Shown here: in pieces, positions 47,236 to 63,000 of the stretch | How the letters are laid out: each line of letters starts with the position of its first letter | Position numbering within the stretch: the first letter of the stretch is position 1 | Assembly: GCA_009914755.4 (NCBI GenBank) | Contig: CP068257.2 | Coordinates: forward strand, 12,480,001-12,544,000 | Source of the DNA: the human T2T-CHM13v2.0 reference genome, Homo sapiens | Direction of reading: 5' to 3' | DNA length: 64,000 nt | Made by a program: the position numbers and the translations under genes | The notes under the pieces: model-generated | Seen by the model: the letters and a program-made list of their open reading frames with translations, nothing else | The model's database searches: none | Told to the model about the DNA's origin: nothing

Positions 47236-48302
47236 AAGTAAAATATAATGTTTTTCATTTCAAAAACCTCTATTATCCCCATTTTATTTAACCCACTTGA
47301 CTGAATGAGACAGAATCATCTATCTTCCTATAAATCATTCTGATATAGAACCTCCATGTTTGGTGGCCTTTTAGTACCTGATGATTGCCTGGTATTTGGG
47401 CCATTCAAGCTAGACTAATATGTGTAAACACAATTTAAAGTACAAATTGAGCAAGTGTGGTTTTGGAAAGAGAATGAGCTTTAAGCACTAGGGAACTTTG
47501 TATAAGTAAATCCTGGCTAAACTGCTATTTCTTGACCCTCCTACATTCATTCAGTTAATTTGTTTTCACACATATTTGATAACATTAAAACTAATCAGAG
47601 TAAGTAAGGGTATGCATAAGGTTTGTAAAGATAACTATCTATATGTTATTCACCTCTTTCCCCCTTTTTTGAAACTTAACTAAGGACACTATTTTCTTTT
47701 ATCAACACTTAAAGTTATTATAAGTCTTCTATGGCCATAGATATGAATAATTGCTTTTTTTTCAAAACAAAAAAGGTAAATTGGTTGAAAGGAATATTAT
47801 CCTCCTATTCCTAAAGTCACTACCACTCATAGAGGAAAGAATGAAAATCCATATCAGCCTTATTAGATGACTGAGCTTCCTGGATGCAGTAACTTTGTTA
47901 TAGAAATATGAAGGGGGACCCAGAGTCCCTCAAATTGGATGCAACTCCTGATTCTTTTGTAGCATTCAAGTAAAAATTTTTAGAGAGTTGAAATGCATCA
48001 AAGTTTGTGATAACTAAGTAAATAGTTATATTCTTAGCTAATACATAAAGTATTTTTCTTTAATGAGTCATATTTACTTCTGTATTCTTACGATAGTATG
48101 TCCTTAAAATTTAGCTGGGACTGCAGGAATAGATGTTTTTCTCCCATTTCCATTTGGGTAACTTAAGCTCTGTTGAGAACTTAACAAAACTTTAGAGTCT
48201 AACTAAAACAAAGCCAATATTTAAATATAACATAGAAAAAATAAATGTTTGTACATAATTTCTATTGAGTAATTATTGTACCCACTAAATTTTAAGCAAA
48301 GT

Positions 48303-48624
<322 letters not shown>

Positions 48625-48667
48625 TTAAAAGTATGCTAAAGCAATAATTTTATAAAAATAATTTTAC

Positions 48668-48776
48668 CTGTTATTCTTCCAAGTTGACCATGAAATATCT
48701 TTCCAACAAATCCACTGATATGAGCCCCTAAGCTCACACCTATGAAATGAAAATTGTCAAGAGATGCACCATGCTT
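48668..48776 (-). CDS. LIPI: Lipase coding exon, presumed exon 3; encodes [36 protein letters not shown](G) and contains the nucleophile elbow GVSLG with the catalytic Ser
   Basis: Acceptor ctctttaattgcag|AAGCATGGTGCA and donor AATAACAG|gtaaaat. The GXSXG motif and the flanking [14 protein letters not shown] are the hallmark of the pancreatic lipase family. Lies 66 bp downstream of an Alu (48303-48602). Confidence 0.9.
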
Positions 48777-49317
48777 CTGCAATTAAAGAGAAAGGCAATA
48801 TTACAGTATTCATTTCAAGTAATAACAAATCATGCCCCCCTCATATATCGACATTTCAAAATTCATTATTTTTCTGGCTTGATTCATTTTGGGGATATCG
48901 GGAAAGAGACTTTATAATTTCAAGATGACTATATATTTGTTCAACTTTTGCCACAAAATATTTGATTTTTCTTTATTCATTTTTAATATCAATTTATTTT
49001 AAAATTGTATCATCTCATGCAGAACAGTATGCAAAATGCAATTAATTAGCAGAGTGTTTTATAATAATCAACATTACTAGGTGCTTACTTTCTGCTAGCT
49101 ACCTCGATATGGGCCTTACAAAGTTCATATTTAATACTTCCAATTTCGTTATGAGTTATTCATTTTTATTCTAATGCCTAAAACTGTCAGTAGCACCTAT
49201 TAAATGCTAAATAAATAATATTGGATCAATTCCAATTTTATTAAGGAAACTGCCAGAAGTAACAACTTTCCCAAAGCCACATAGATTCATAAGAGGAAAA
49301 GATGGATTCCAAGCTGC

Positions 49318-49688
49318 TGTGGTCTGAATGTTTGTGTCTCCCTAAAATTCATATGTTGGAATTCTAATCCCCAAGGTGATGATATTTGGAGGTGAGGCCT
49401 TCTTGTGGGTTAGGAGAATTATGTCATGAGTGTGGAACCCTCATGAAAGGGATTACTGCCCAGATAGAAGAGACCTGAGGGATCTCCTTCTACTCTTCCA
49501 CCATGTGAGGACACAGTGAAAAGGCATAATCTATGAACCAGGAATTGGGCCCTCACCAGACACTGAATCTGCTGATGCCTTCTCCTTGGACTTCTCAGAC
49601 CCTGAAACTATGAGAAATAAATGTTTCTTGTTTATAAGCTACCTAGCCTATGGTATTTTGTTACAGCAGCCCAAATGGACTAAAACAC
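49318..49688 (+). mobile_element. ERVL-MaLR solo LTR (MSTA-like)
   Basis: tgtggtctgaatgtttgtgtctccctaaaattcatatgttggaattctaatccccaaggtgatgatatttggaggtgaggcctt…tcatgagtgtggaaccctcatgaaagggatt…ccaccatgtgaggacacagtgaaaaggcataatctatgaaccaggaa…tgagaaataaatgtttcttgtttataagctacctagcctatggtattttgttacagcagcccaaatggactaaaaca. Confidence 0.5.
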
Positions 49689-51000
49689 AAACCTAGGTCT
49701 CACTCCAAAATTATGCTAATTTGCCTTCTTGTTTTATCTGATCAGGTTGTGTCAAAAACCTTAGGAAGATTCACAAAAGTTCAATAATGATTCTCACTTC
49801 AGAGATGATGAAATTAATTTTATGGATTTTAGGTGACTTCCTTCCCCTGATCACCAGCTCAGGAGTGATGCATCCAATCTTCCAAGGCCAACGTCTGAAT
49901 ACCTCTTAGTCTCAGCTCCAGGAAGGGAAATTAGAAGACTACATGAGAGTGTACTTCCACCACACTCTTGGGGAGCTATTGTGAGACTTGTGGACAGATC
50001 ATGGTCCAGCCCACACAGTGATATGTCTGATGGCTTACAGAAAGATGTGGAGCGCTTGCCACTAATGAAAAACTACCCTCAGGCTTTCAAGGCACAAGGT
50101 TATGATTTTCTTCAGATTTCTCACAGCCATGCCCCAAAACATAAGGGAGTATCTCTCGAGACTCCAGTGCTGCCGGTCATTTAAATCTTCCTCTGTAATA
50201 TGAAGCCTCTGTAAGCAAAGGCACTGTTAGAATTTTATCTAATATTACAAATTTTCCTAAATATTTCTATTTAATATTCACATTCTCCACACTTTGAGGC
50301 ACATATTTATTAGTTGAGAAAACACCAGTAACATCAGGAAAAATCAATGATGTAATTAATAGTCTGTTGGTGGAGATGGTTGAATCAATTACCTCCTCTG
50401 TCTCTCTACAGCAATGGTATTGTTTTGTCCAAATTTGGGGGTGTAAAAATAATAATGAAAGTTGATCTTAATGATTACTAAATGTCACCCACTGATTAAG
50501 CACATATATATTAATTCAATATTCATATAAATATTTTTGTAACATGTTGTTATTCTATATGTACAAATAAGGAAATGCAGCACAGAGAGGCTATGTAATT
50601 GTTCAAAATTACACAGATGATAAAAGATGGACATACAGTTTGAACCCATCCAGTCTGACCCCTGGCCACTACATATAACGGCTTCTTGGAAGTGTTGTTA
50701 TTTGTTCAATTTTTAGCAGAGTCTTGAAAGTTCAGCACAACACAACTCAAGTTTAAATTTCAAGCTCAATAATGCCCCCGAATCAGATATCACCCTTCTT
50801 TCTCTCAAGTACCCACAACTACCTACTTTCTTTTAGGATAGACATGGATCTCCCTAAGGGTTGACTTAATAAACAAAAATCATTCACAGTGCAGATAACA
50901 TAGAACTGGACTGAATTTTATTTGATCCATTCAAATCCTGAGCAGACTTGAATGAATCTGATGTTCACCTCCAAAGCTGACAGAAGTATGCTACTTTTCA

Positions 51001-51306
<306 letters not shown>

Positions 51307-51740
51307 TTACTTTTACCAATTCACACTCGATTATATGCAAATATTTTAGCCGTATATTTTAAAAGATACCTGAAGATTGTAATAATTATAAAGTTTATTT
51401 CCCCCACCCACATAGGATAACTATTTTATTCTGAGGTTGGTATAGGTAGAGTTAAAAGAAATCTCAGAAGATTTTTAAATAAAACCTAATAATTACTAAA
51501 TTTTAATATAATGTTTTAAAAATAACACAGGATATGTCTAGGTATAGAATTATTCATTTAGGCAGACAAAGAAAAGATGGCTGCATACATTGGTATATCA
51601 AACCAGTAATTGTTAATGCTTATGGGGAAAAGTATATAGTTTATTATCACTTTGTGGTATTGAATGTAACACACTGCATATTGTATAGCACGTATAATAT
51701 ATTGTATAGCATGTATAATACATAAAATTCCCAGACTTAC

Positions 51741-52126
51741 CAAAAGATTTTTAATGTGCACACTCAAACTCACAGCAACTTTTCTGGTGTTTTTAACTGC
51801 TCTATTATAAATAAAAGTTGTAGCACCCCGGCTCCAGTCTACTACAATTACATTCATATCTTCTTCATTCAGCAAAATCCTTACGAAGTTCTGAAGCCAT
51901 AATGGGATGGAGCCTACTGGTCTGTATCCGTGAATAAGCCAGACTGTTTTCTTTTGTGTGTTGAAATTAACATTAAGTGAGTTATTTTGTTCAAACAGTG
52001 GCTCAGCACAGTTTAGGTTGTTCCTTGTATACATCATCAGAATGGTCTCTATTCTCGGAATAAATAAATCTCTGAAGGAATCCTTTACACTTAGCTGAGA
52101 GAATTCAAGGCATGGTCTTTTATTAT
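51741..52126 (-). CDS. LIPI: Lipase coding exon, presumed exon 2 (386 bp); encodes (D)NKRPCLEFSQLSVKDSFRDLFIPRIETILMMYTRNNLNCAEPLFEQNNSLNVNFNTQKKTVWLIHGYRPVGSIPLWLQNFVRILLNEEDMNVIVVDWSRGATTFIYNRAVKNTRKVAVSLSVHIKNLL
   Basis: Acceptor cattttcttatttcag|ATAATAAAAGACC (an in-frame TGA lies just upstream, so this is not a first exon) and donor CTTTTG|gtaagtctg. The ORF track entry 51558-52037 (-) covers MMYTR…NLL and then reads through into the intron. Aligns to LIPH residues about 40-140. Confidence 0.9.
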
Positions 52127-53788
52127 CTGAAATAAGAAAATGTCAGTCAAGCTGAGTACTGGGATAGTATTTTATTCCTGTTGCTATTGCAAAGAACAGA
52201 ATTAAATGTGGAGGGTAGGGAGGATTTCATTTCATGAGCCCTTCAACATAATTTACTGAGCAACTGCAATGTTGAAGGTAATGTATTAATTATGTAAAAA
52301 GATTTTCTGAACCAAAAGTAATGGAAAATATAAATGTGATTGGTTAAAAAATTAAGAAGAGATTTTTATCTGTACAAAATATAATAGTAATGGGTGTGAG
52401 CGAAAATAAGATTGTTAATAAAGTGCAATGGGTACTAATCAAAGTTGATACATTGATTATAAACTTTAACAAAAGTTTTACAGAGTAGTCCTTGTACAAT
52501 AAGCATTAGCATAAAATATATTTAACTTGTCTAGTCATCAATACAAAACAATAAAGTAATATTTTCCCCATAAAATTTAAAATGTTTCAAAAAATTAAAT
52601 AATAAATATTAATATAACATGAATGTTGAGATCATAAGTTGATACAACATTCCTTTGAAATTTTGCATGTGTGTGCTTACTGTACACATAAACTTAACAA
52701 ATCTTTTTCTTAATTTTCTTTCTAGGACTTACAAACCATTTGTAATAAGTGTAAAGACTTTAACCGCTGGGTTATGTATAATGGGACAAAAATGTAAAAC
52801 ATCTTAAATCTCATCCTTATAGTATTTTCATCCATGTGTGCATTCTATAACTATTAACTATCTATCTATATATTGCTCTATATACTTATCTATCTACCCT
52901 AGAAAGAACTAGGGCAGAAAATAAATAACTAAACCAGATGAATAGCAATAGTCATTGCTAGACAATGAAATGATGACTGCCTTTTGTTTTCTTTTTCACA
53001 GATTTTTGTGATTCTATTTTTTTCATAATAAGCAAATAATCCCCATAGTGGTTTTTTTTCCAGATGATAGTATATGTTCATACTGCTTCTAGCACTTTAA
53101 TTTGATAATAATATTCAGGAAATAATTTTTCAATCCATACCAAAAATTAACAAAAGTATTAATGCACTTTATGCCAGTAATTCCACTTTAAAGAATCTAT
53201 CCCAGAAAAACATAGCAAAACAAGAGGTAACGTATTATTTTAATACTGAGATAATATGCATTTCTTACAATAATTCTAGTTTTCAAGTATATACACAATA
53301 TTGTCACAATTGATTAGATGAAGAGAAATAAGGAAGGCAATGAAGGAGAAGCAAGACTTGCATTCCATTCCTATATTAACAGCTGAGAGATATTTGGAAA
53401 AATTATTTCATTTGTTGTAAATATCAGAGAATGAGGAAGAGAAATATATTGAAACACAATACAATATGAATGCATGCTACACCGTGCAAATTGTGTGGGA
53501 AATCTATACATCCACCTTCTCACCACCTGGAATTCTGACAAGAATTTAATACATATCAATACCAATCAATACATCCAAAGTGCTGGTCCACTCCAAGCTA
53601 AAGTCAATTTTACCTGGCCCTAGAATAAGTAATGAGGAATAAACCAGTAGGATCCTGGTGATAAATACAAGAGAAAGAAATCATCACCTAATATAATCAA
53701 CAAATATATCTATTATCTATTAAAAGATATAAAATATTTTTCATTAGAATGCAAGAAAAAATACATCTCAAAAACTGGAGCAGGAGTA

Positions 53789-54232
<444 letters not shown>

Positions 54233-54882
54233 TTAAAAAGTAACAAGATATTTAAAGGAGGTACACAGGCAATTTTAAATAAATAGAGAACTAAGTATAT
54301 TCTATACAAAATAAAAAGAAAATAGGTTGGTGTGTTATAGTGCAATAATGGCACCAATTCACCACTCCCTGAATCCATCTCATTTCTCTTGGAAATTTTA
54401 GTTACATCATAAGTGGGGTGACTTGTTCCACTCCTTGATATGGACACAAATGTAGGGCGTGCCCTAGAAAATAGAACCTTAGGAAACTTAATGCAAGCAG
54501 AGGCTTAAAATCAGCTTGTGTATGTGGGCTTGGACGTCCTAACCTCTGCTATCACCACAAAAGCATCCATAGTCTGGCCTGTTAGAAAAGGAAAGACAGT
54601 TGTAACAGTGCAAAGTCCTCCAATGTGCTAGGTTCTAGTCACCCCAGCTGACTGACAGTCATTCAATAGCCAGACATGAATTGAACCAAGAAAAACAGTG
54701 TTACCTAACCAACTCCCATATGACTCCACAAGTGTGAGTAACAGCTGCTTAACATCAAATCCCACTGAGGGTTAAGAGTTTTATTTTATTTTTATTTTAT
54801 TTTGGCATTATTGTGACATCATATAGTCGATTTCATCAGCAACATTAATATCAAGTAAAGAGAATAAAAACAAAAGTCATCA

Positions 54883-55236
<354 letters not shown>

Positions 55237-55339
55237 CTAATGTATTGTCAAACTCTTAAGGAACATTAAATTGATTCAATTCTACTAGATTTAGGAATAG
55301 AAAGAAAAATAAAATTCTAGACAACAAAAACTTACAGAA

Positions 55340-57530
55340 ATCCCTGATGAGATTATAAGTGGACTCTTCAGCAGAAACTTTGCAGGGCAGAAGGCAATGG
55401 AAAGATATATTTTAAATGTTGAAAGAAAAACTATCAACCTAGAATTCCATATCCAACAAAATTGTCCTTTAAAAATGAGGAAGAAATTAAAACATTCCAA
55501 CATTCCCACACAAGCATAAGCTGGGAATTCCTTACCTCCAGACCCACTCTACATGAAATGTTAATGCAAGTCCTTCACATTTAAAAGAAAGTACACTAGA
55601 CAAGTAACTAGAAGTCATACAAAAATACAAAAATATAAGTTTCTGTGGTAAAGACAAATATATGACAAATAAAAACAGTTTTGCTTTGTAACTTTACTTT
55701 TTATTTTCTACAGGACTTAAAAGACAAATGAATAAAAATAATTATGAATGCATGTTAATGGGTACACAATATATAATGATGTAATTTGTGTCATCGGTAA
55801 AATTAAGTAGGGGAGAGTGGAACTGTAAAGAAGTAGAGAATTTTGTTATGGTATTGGAGTTAAGTTAGTATCAATTTTAAAAAGATAATGATTTTGGGCT
55901 ATTATTTGTAATCCTCAATGTAATCAAAAAGAAAACATCTATAGAATATTTAAGAAAGAAAATGAGAAGAGAATCAAAACACGCTGCTACCAAAAAAATC
56001 AATTAAACACAAAGAAAGGCAGTAGTGGAGGAAATGAGGGACAAAAAGGCTTTAAGACATACAGAAAACTAATAACAAAGTGGTAAAAATAAGTGCTTTG
56101 CTATCAATGATAATTTTAAATGTAGGTAGACTAAACAACCCCCCCAACTGAAAACATATTGGCAGAATGAATAAAAATCAGGACCAGACTATATGTTACC
56201 TACAAGAGACTCAGTTTAGATTTAAAGACATATAGGCTGAAACTTAAAGAATGTAAAAAGATATTCAATGCAAAATGTAACTAAAAGTGAGCAGAAATGC
56301 TGCACTAACATCAAGCAAATTAACTAAGTTAAAATCTGTTACAAGAGACAAATATATTAAAATGCTGAAACAGTAAAAATTCTTAGAAGAAAACAAGGGG
56401 GAAACATTCATACCTTGGATTTGGCATTGATTTCTTGAATATTACAAGAACAGAACCACAGGCGACAACAGAAAAAAAAAATGAGTAAATTGGACTTAAT
56501 CAAAAGTAAAACTTTTATGCATCAAAGGACATTATCAACAAAGTAAAAAGGCAACCCACTGAATGTGAGAAAATATTTATTAATCATATATCTGATATGG
56601 ATTAATTAATTAATATCAGAATATTATAATGAACTTCTATCACTCAACAACAAAAACACAAACAACCCAATTAAAACTGGGCAAAGACTTAAATTGACTT
56701 ATCAATGAAGATATCCAAAAGTTCCATAAGCTTATGAAAACAAGCTCAATATCACTATCACTAATAATTGGGGAAACAGAAATCAAAAGTATAATGAGAT
56801 GCCACTTCCTACCTATTATGATACTTGCTAAAAACACACACACACAAAAATGGAAAATAACAACTGTTGGTGAGGATGTACAGAAATTGGAACCATTGTG
56901 CATTGCTGATGGGTTATAAAATGGTGTAGCTGCTGTGGAAAATGGTATGGTGGCTCCTCAAAAATTGAAAATAAACCTACCATATTATCCAGCAATTCCA
57001 CTTCTGTATATACACCCAAAAGAATTGAAAACAGTAACTGGAAAATATATTTGTATACCCATGTTTATAGAAGCATTATTTACAATAGCTAAAAGGTGGA
57101 AGCCACACAAGTATCCATCAACAGGTGAATGAACAAAACCTGGTAGATATCTAGAATGGAATATTGTTCAGCTTTGAAAAGGTGAAATTGACACATACTA
57201 CAATAAGAATAACTTTGAAGACATTATGTCAAGTGAAAATAAACTGGACATAAAAGGACAAATACCATATGATTCAATTTAAATGAGATACCGAGATCAG
57301 TCAAATTTATAGAGACGGAAAGTAGGATTGTGGTTGCCCTGGGCTGAGGGAAAAGGGGAAATGAGGAGTTATATTTAATAGATATAGAGTTGATGGGTAC
57401 AGAATTTGAGTTTTGAAAGATAAAAAATTCTGGCGATGGATGATGATCATGGTTGCATGACAGTGTGCATGCAGTTAATGCCACTAACCTATAAACTTAA
57501 AAATGGCTAAAATAATAATTTTTTCTGTGT
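55340..57530 (+). mobile_element. Old L1 (L1M-type), plus strand, with a large internal deletion: ORF1 C-terminus and ORF2 start joined to the ORF2 C-terminus and 3' UTR
   Basis: ORF1-like text (…SAETLQGRRQWKDIF.MLKEKLSTPRIPYPTKLSFKNEEEIKTFQHSHTSIS…), ORF2 start (…lktyrlklkeckkifnakcn…) and ORF2 C-terminal and 3'-end text (…EMPLPTIMILAKNTHTQKWKITTVGEDVQKLEPLCIADGL…, …PAIPLLYIHPKELKTVTGKYICIPMFIEALFTIAKRWKPHKYPSTGE…). The total is 2.2 kb against more than 6 kb for an intact element. Confidence 0.55.
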
Positions 57531-58489
57531 GTTTGACACAATTGAAAGAAAACAAAACAAAACATTAAGAATCCAATTCCTGTCATTATAGATATCTCAT
57601 CCCAGATTTGCCTTACTGCTGTAAACAACCAGAACAGTGGATAAACTATATGGGAAAAAAATTTAGACACTGGACAACAAAAAACACAGAATTGTGATTG
57701 CTGAAAGGGAAGCAATGTATTTGAACCCTATAAACTCATAGCTTTCTGCTTGGAGGCCATTTCCAGACTGCTGTGTAAAAAGGGCTCAATTAATCAGAGT
57801 ATAGCAGTCTTGTCAAGTCGGGGAGAAACATCAGAGTCTGGGAAGTCTGAGACAACTAGAATTTGAAAGGCAAAGTGTCAGAGAGGAAGGAGCCAGGCAG
57901 AAGAAAAACTCTGAAATCTGCATAGGGGTCTCTTATATCTGGATGTTGCTGGATCCATATGTTGCTGGATATGATCCTTTGCATACATGGGATAGAATCA
58001 CAAAGAGCTGAAAGCTGAACAATTTTCGAGGTCACATTAGACTAGGAGAGATTGAAGTTGCAACTAGGCAAAGTAGGAAGACCTTAATAAATGCAGGGAC
58101 ATTCAGTAGGATCCCCAGAATGGTCAGACTTTAGTTTAAATGGCACTAAACCAAGTCTAGAATAAAAGAGAACTTAGAGTCATCCTCCTTCTCTCATTCT
58201 CCAAGCTCTGCTTGCTTTCATTCAGCCTCATTATCTGGCAAAGGACAGGCTATGCATATAAAATATTTAAGGAAAACATTAACAATCTTGGCATAGGCAA
58301 AGGACTCTAAGATACGATACACAGTAAACATGAAACAGAAAAAAGTGATAAATTGGGCTTTTACATAATAATACATATCTTCTAAAAGGACACTGTTAAG
58401 AATATGAATATGCAGACTTGTGTATCTGAAAAATACTTGTATCTAGACTAACATGTATATGTATTATAATAAGAAAATTCAATGTTTCA

Positions 58490-59245
58490 ATCGGCAAAAG
58501 AATTAAAGACATTTTACAAAAGATGGCATAATGTCTAAGAAGCTCAAGAAATAATACTCGACATCACTAGTCATCAAAACAATGTGAATTAAAACCAAAA
58601 TAATATACCACTACATACCCAGGAGAATGGCTAACATTAAAAACTGACAAAACCAATGAGGATGTAAAGCAACTGAAACCCTTGAACATTGCTGGGGGAA
58701 ATGACAAAATGATACAATTATTGTTAGTTTCTTATAAGGTTACATGCACTTATATGACCCGAAAAATTAACTTGTGGATGTTAATGCATGAGAAATAAAA
58801 ACATGTCCTTACCACATTTACGAGTTCGTAGCGTTTTTTTTTTTTTACATGACACCAAATTGTAAAAAAAAAAAACAAAACAAGAAGTATATGGGTAAAT
58901 AAACTGTGGCATGTCTGTGTAATTTAATACTACCCAGCAATAAAAAGAAATAAACTTTTTATGCATGCAAAAACTTTGATGAATCACAAAAGCATTATGC
59001 TGAGCAAAAGACTCCAGAAACAAAAAAGTACATATTTTAAATTTTCATGTATATGAAATTCTATAAAAGAAATATTTAATCTAGCGTCATAAAGAAGGTC
59101 TGGGTTATATCGAACCAGAGGTGTGGAAGGGATTAATTGCAAAAAGCTAACTAACTTTTAAGGGTGCAGGAAGTGTTTTATATCTTGATTTTATGGTTGT
59201 TATATAAGTGCACATAAGAAGTATGGTGCACCTATTTTTTCAAAA
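58490..59245 (+). mobile_element. Old L1 (L1M-type) ORF2 C-terminal and 3' UTR fragment
   Basis: …rc.evlsrhhwsskqceLKPK*YTTTYPGEWLTLKTDKTNEDVKQLKPLNIAGGNDKMIQLL… is the L1 ORF2 C-terminal pattern ([11 protein letters not shown]…IKK…CW.GCGE), followed by AT-rich 3' UTR. Confidence 0.5.
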
Positions 59246-59253
59246 CTCATTAG

Positions 59254-59552
59254 GCTTGGTGCAGTGGCTCACATCTGTAATCCCAGAACTCTGGGAGGCC
59301 AAGGCAGGAGAATAGCTGGAGGCTAGGAGTTCAAGACAAGCCTGAGCAAGGTAGCAAGATGATGTCTTTACAAAAAAAAAGTAAAAATCTAGGTCTGGTA
59401 GTGCACACCTGTGGTCCTGCCTACTCAGGAGGCTGAGGTAGGAGGATTGCTTGAACCCAGAAGATCAAGGCTGCAGTGAGCCATGGTAGCACCACTGCAC
59501 TCCAGCCTGGGCAACAGAAGGAGAACCTATCTCAACAACAACAACAAAAAAT
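59254..59552 (+). mobile_element. Alu SINE (older, AluJ-like; diverged, CpG-poor) with (CAA)n tail
   Basis: ggcttggtgcagtggctcacatctgtaatcccagaactctgggaggccaaggcaggagaatagctggaggctaggagttcaagacaagcctgagcaag…cactccagcctgggcaacagaaggagaacctatctcaacaacaacaacaaaaaa. Confidence 0.85.
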
Positions 59553-59732
59553 AATCAAAGTACATTTAAATGTGTGTACATTTTATTGTATTTATAGTAA
59601 ACATCAATAAAATTAGTTTTAAAAAACATAGTAAAGGTCCAATACTTTTTAAATAATAGAAAAAATATAAAGTTCAACAAATAATTCTTAAAACCTGGAA
59701 TAACCCTAATATCAAACATAAAGATAGGACAA

Positions 59733-59760
59733 ATACACACACACACACACACACACATAC
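59733..59760. repeat. (CA)n microsatellite, about 11 units
   Basis: acacacacacacacacacacatacacc. Confidence 0.9.
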
Positions 59761-60085
59761 ACCAGATAAATGAGATATAAGTCATTGTAACCCATACAAC
59801 AATCTAATGGCAAAATTCCCAAATCACAAAAATACAGAGCATAAGAACAAAAAAATAATTTATACTATTTTAAATATAAGTTAAAATAGAAATATAATTT
59901 ATTAAAATAACAGAATGCTTTTTTATTTTATGCCAATTGGAATCATCATACTAATGATAAAACACTAGGGCATATTTCCATTAAAATTAAGAAAGTATAA
60001 AAAGTGCTATCATACTATGTATTATTTTTTAATATTCTAACTTAGCATTAAGATTTGAAAAGTAGGAAGCTAAAAATCATGATAA

Positions 60086-63000
60086 AATGTTGCAGGTGCT
60101 GACAAACAAAATAGCCAGTATAGAGGATAATGTAACTGACTGGCTAGAGCTGAAAAACACACTACAAGAATTTCATAATGCAATCACAGGCATTAATAGC
60201 AGAATAGACCAAGCAGAGGAAAGAATCTCCGGGTTAGATTCTTTCTGAAATAAGACAGGCAGACAAGAGTAGAGAGAAAAGAATGAAAAGGAAGAACAAA
60301 ACCTCAGAGAAATATGGGATTATGTAAAGATACCAAATAAATCTATGACTCACTGGTGTACCTGAAAGAGATGAGGAGAATAGAACAAAATTGGAAAACA
60401 TATTTCAGGATATCATCCAGAAAAATTTCCCCAACCTACCGGAGAGGCCAACATTCAAATTCAGGAAATGCAAAGAACCTCAGTAAGATACTTCACAAGA
60501 AGATCATCCCCAAGACACATAATCATCAGATTCTCCAAGGTTGAAATGAAAAAAAAAAATGTTAAAGGCAGCCAGAGAGAAAAACCAGGTCACCTACAAA
60601 GGGGAGCCATCAGACTAACAGAGCACCTTTCAGCTGAAACCCTACAAGCCAGAACAGATTGGGAGCCAATGTTCAAGATTCTTAAAGAAAATAAATTCCA
60701 GTCTAGAATTTCATATCTGGGCAAACTAAGCTTCATAAGCAAAAGAGATATAAGATCTTTTTCAGACAAGCAAAGGCTGAGGGAATTTGTTACCACCAGA
60801 CCTGCCTTACAAGAGCTCTGGAAGAAAGCACTAGATATGGAAAGGAAAGATCTTTACCAGCCATTACAAAAATATACTGAAGTACACGACCAGTGACACT
60901 ATAAAGCAACCACATAAGCAAGTCTGCAAAATAACCAGCCAACATCATGAGGACAGGATAAAATCCACATATATCAATACTAACCTTAAATGTCAATGGG
61001 ATAAATGCCCCAATTGAAAGACACAGAGTGGCAAACTGGATAAAGTGCCAAGACCCATTTGTATGCTGTCTTCAAAAGACCCATCTCACATGCAATGACA
61101 AACATGGGCTCAAAATAAAGGGATGGAGAAGAATCTACCAAGCAAACATAAAACAGAAAAAAAATAGGGGTTGCAATCCTAGTTTCTGACAAAACAGATT
61201 TTAAACCAACAAAGATTAAAAAAAGACAAAACATTACATAATGGTAAAGGGTTCCATTCAACAAGAAAATCTAACCATCCTAAATATATATGTACCCAAC
61301 ACAGGAGCACCCAGATTTGTAAAGCATGCTCTTTCTCAGAGATCTTCAAAGAGACTCAGAATCCCACACAATAATAATGGGAGACTTCAACAACCCACTG
61401 ATAATATGAGATACATTATTGAGACAGAAAATTAATAAAGATATTTAGGATCAGAACTCAGCACTGGGTCAAATGGACCTGATAGATATCTCCACATAAA
61501 ACAATAGAATACACATTTTTTTCAAGGCCACATGGCAAATAGTCTAAAATCAGACACATAATTGAAAGTAAAACACTCCTCAGCAAAACAAAAGAAATGA
61601 AATCATAACAAAAAGTCTCTCATACCACAGTGTAATCAAATTAGAAATTAACACTAAGAAATTCACTCAAAATGATACAATTACATGAAATAGAATAGCC
61701 TACTCCTAAGTGAATACTGGGTAAAATTAAGGTTTCAAGAAATTATTTGAAACTAATGAGAACAAAGATGCAACATACCAGAATCTTTGGGACACAGCTA
61801 AGGCAGTGATAAGAGAGAAATTGATAGCACTAAATGACCACATCAAAAAGTTAGAAAGATCTCAAGTTAACAATCTAACATCACAACTAAAAGAACTAGG
61901 GAACCAAGAACAAACAAATCACAAACTAGCAGAGACAACAAATAACCAAAATCAGAGCTGAACTGACGGAGACTGAGAAATGAAAAACTATTCAAGAGAT
62001 CAATGAATCTAGGAGGTGGTTTTCTGCAAAAAAAAATACAATAAATAGACTGCTAGCTAGACTAATAAAGAAGAAAAGGAGGAGAGTCAAATAAACGGAA
62101 TCAGTAACAAGGGTTATATTACTACTTAACCCACAGAAACACAACCACCAGAGAATATTATGGACACTTCTATGCATATCAACCAGAAAATCTAGAAGAA
62201 ATTGATAAATTCCTGGACAAATACATCCTCCCAAGACAGACTTCAGGAAGAATTGGAATCCCTGAACATACCAGTGATGAGCTCTGAAATTTAGGAATAA
62301 ATAGCCTACCAACCAAAAAAAAAAAGCCTAAGAAAAGTCTGGGACCACATGTATTCACAGCTGAATTCTACTAGATATAAAAGAAGAGCTGGTACCATTC
62401 CTACTGAAACTGTTCCAGAAAAAATGAGGAGGAGGGACTCCTCCCTAAATCATTCTATGAAGCCATCATCATCCTGATACCAAAATCTGGCAGAGATTTA
62501 ACAACACCACAAAAAACTTCAGGCCAATATCATTGATGAATATCAATGCAAAAATCCTCAACAAAATACTGGAAAACTGAATCCAGTAGCACATCAAAAA
62601 GCTTATCCACCATGATCAAGTAGGCTTTATCCCTGAGATGGAAGGTTGGTTCAACATACACAAATCAATAAATGTGATTCATCACATAAACAGAACTAAA
62701 GACAAAAACCACATGATTATCTCAATAGATGCAGAAAAGGCCTTCAGTAAAATTCAACATCGCTTCATGCTAAAAACTCTCAATAAACTATGTATTGAAG
62801 GAACATGCCTCAAGATAATAAGAGCCATATATGACAAACCCACAGCCAACATCATACTAAATGTGTAAAAGCTGAAAGCATTCCCCTTGAAAACCAGCCA
62901 AGACAAGGATACCCTCTCTCACCACTCCTGTTCAACATAGTATTGGTCCTGACCAGGGCAATCAGGCAAGATTTGAAAGAAATAAAAGGCATCCAAATAG

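Noticed and set aside
51558-51740. C-terminal 60 aa of ORF 51558-52037 (…VSLGILCIIHAIQYIIRAIQY…), which the ORF track presents as continuous with the lipase exon
   Set aside because: It is intron read-through past the GTAAGT donor at 51740-51735. A similar read-through tail follows exon 7 in ORF 25950-26189.
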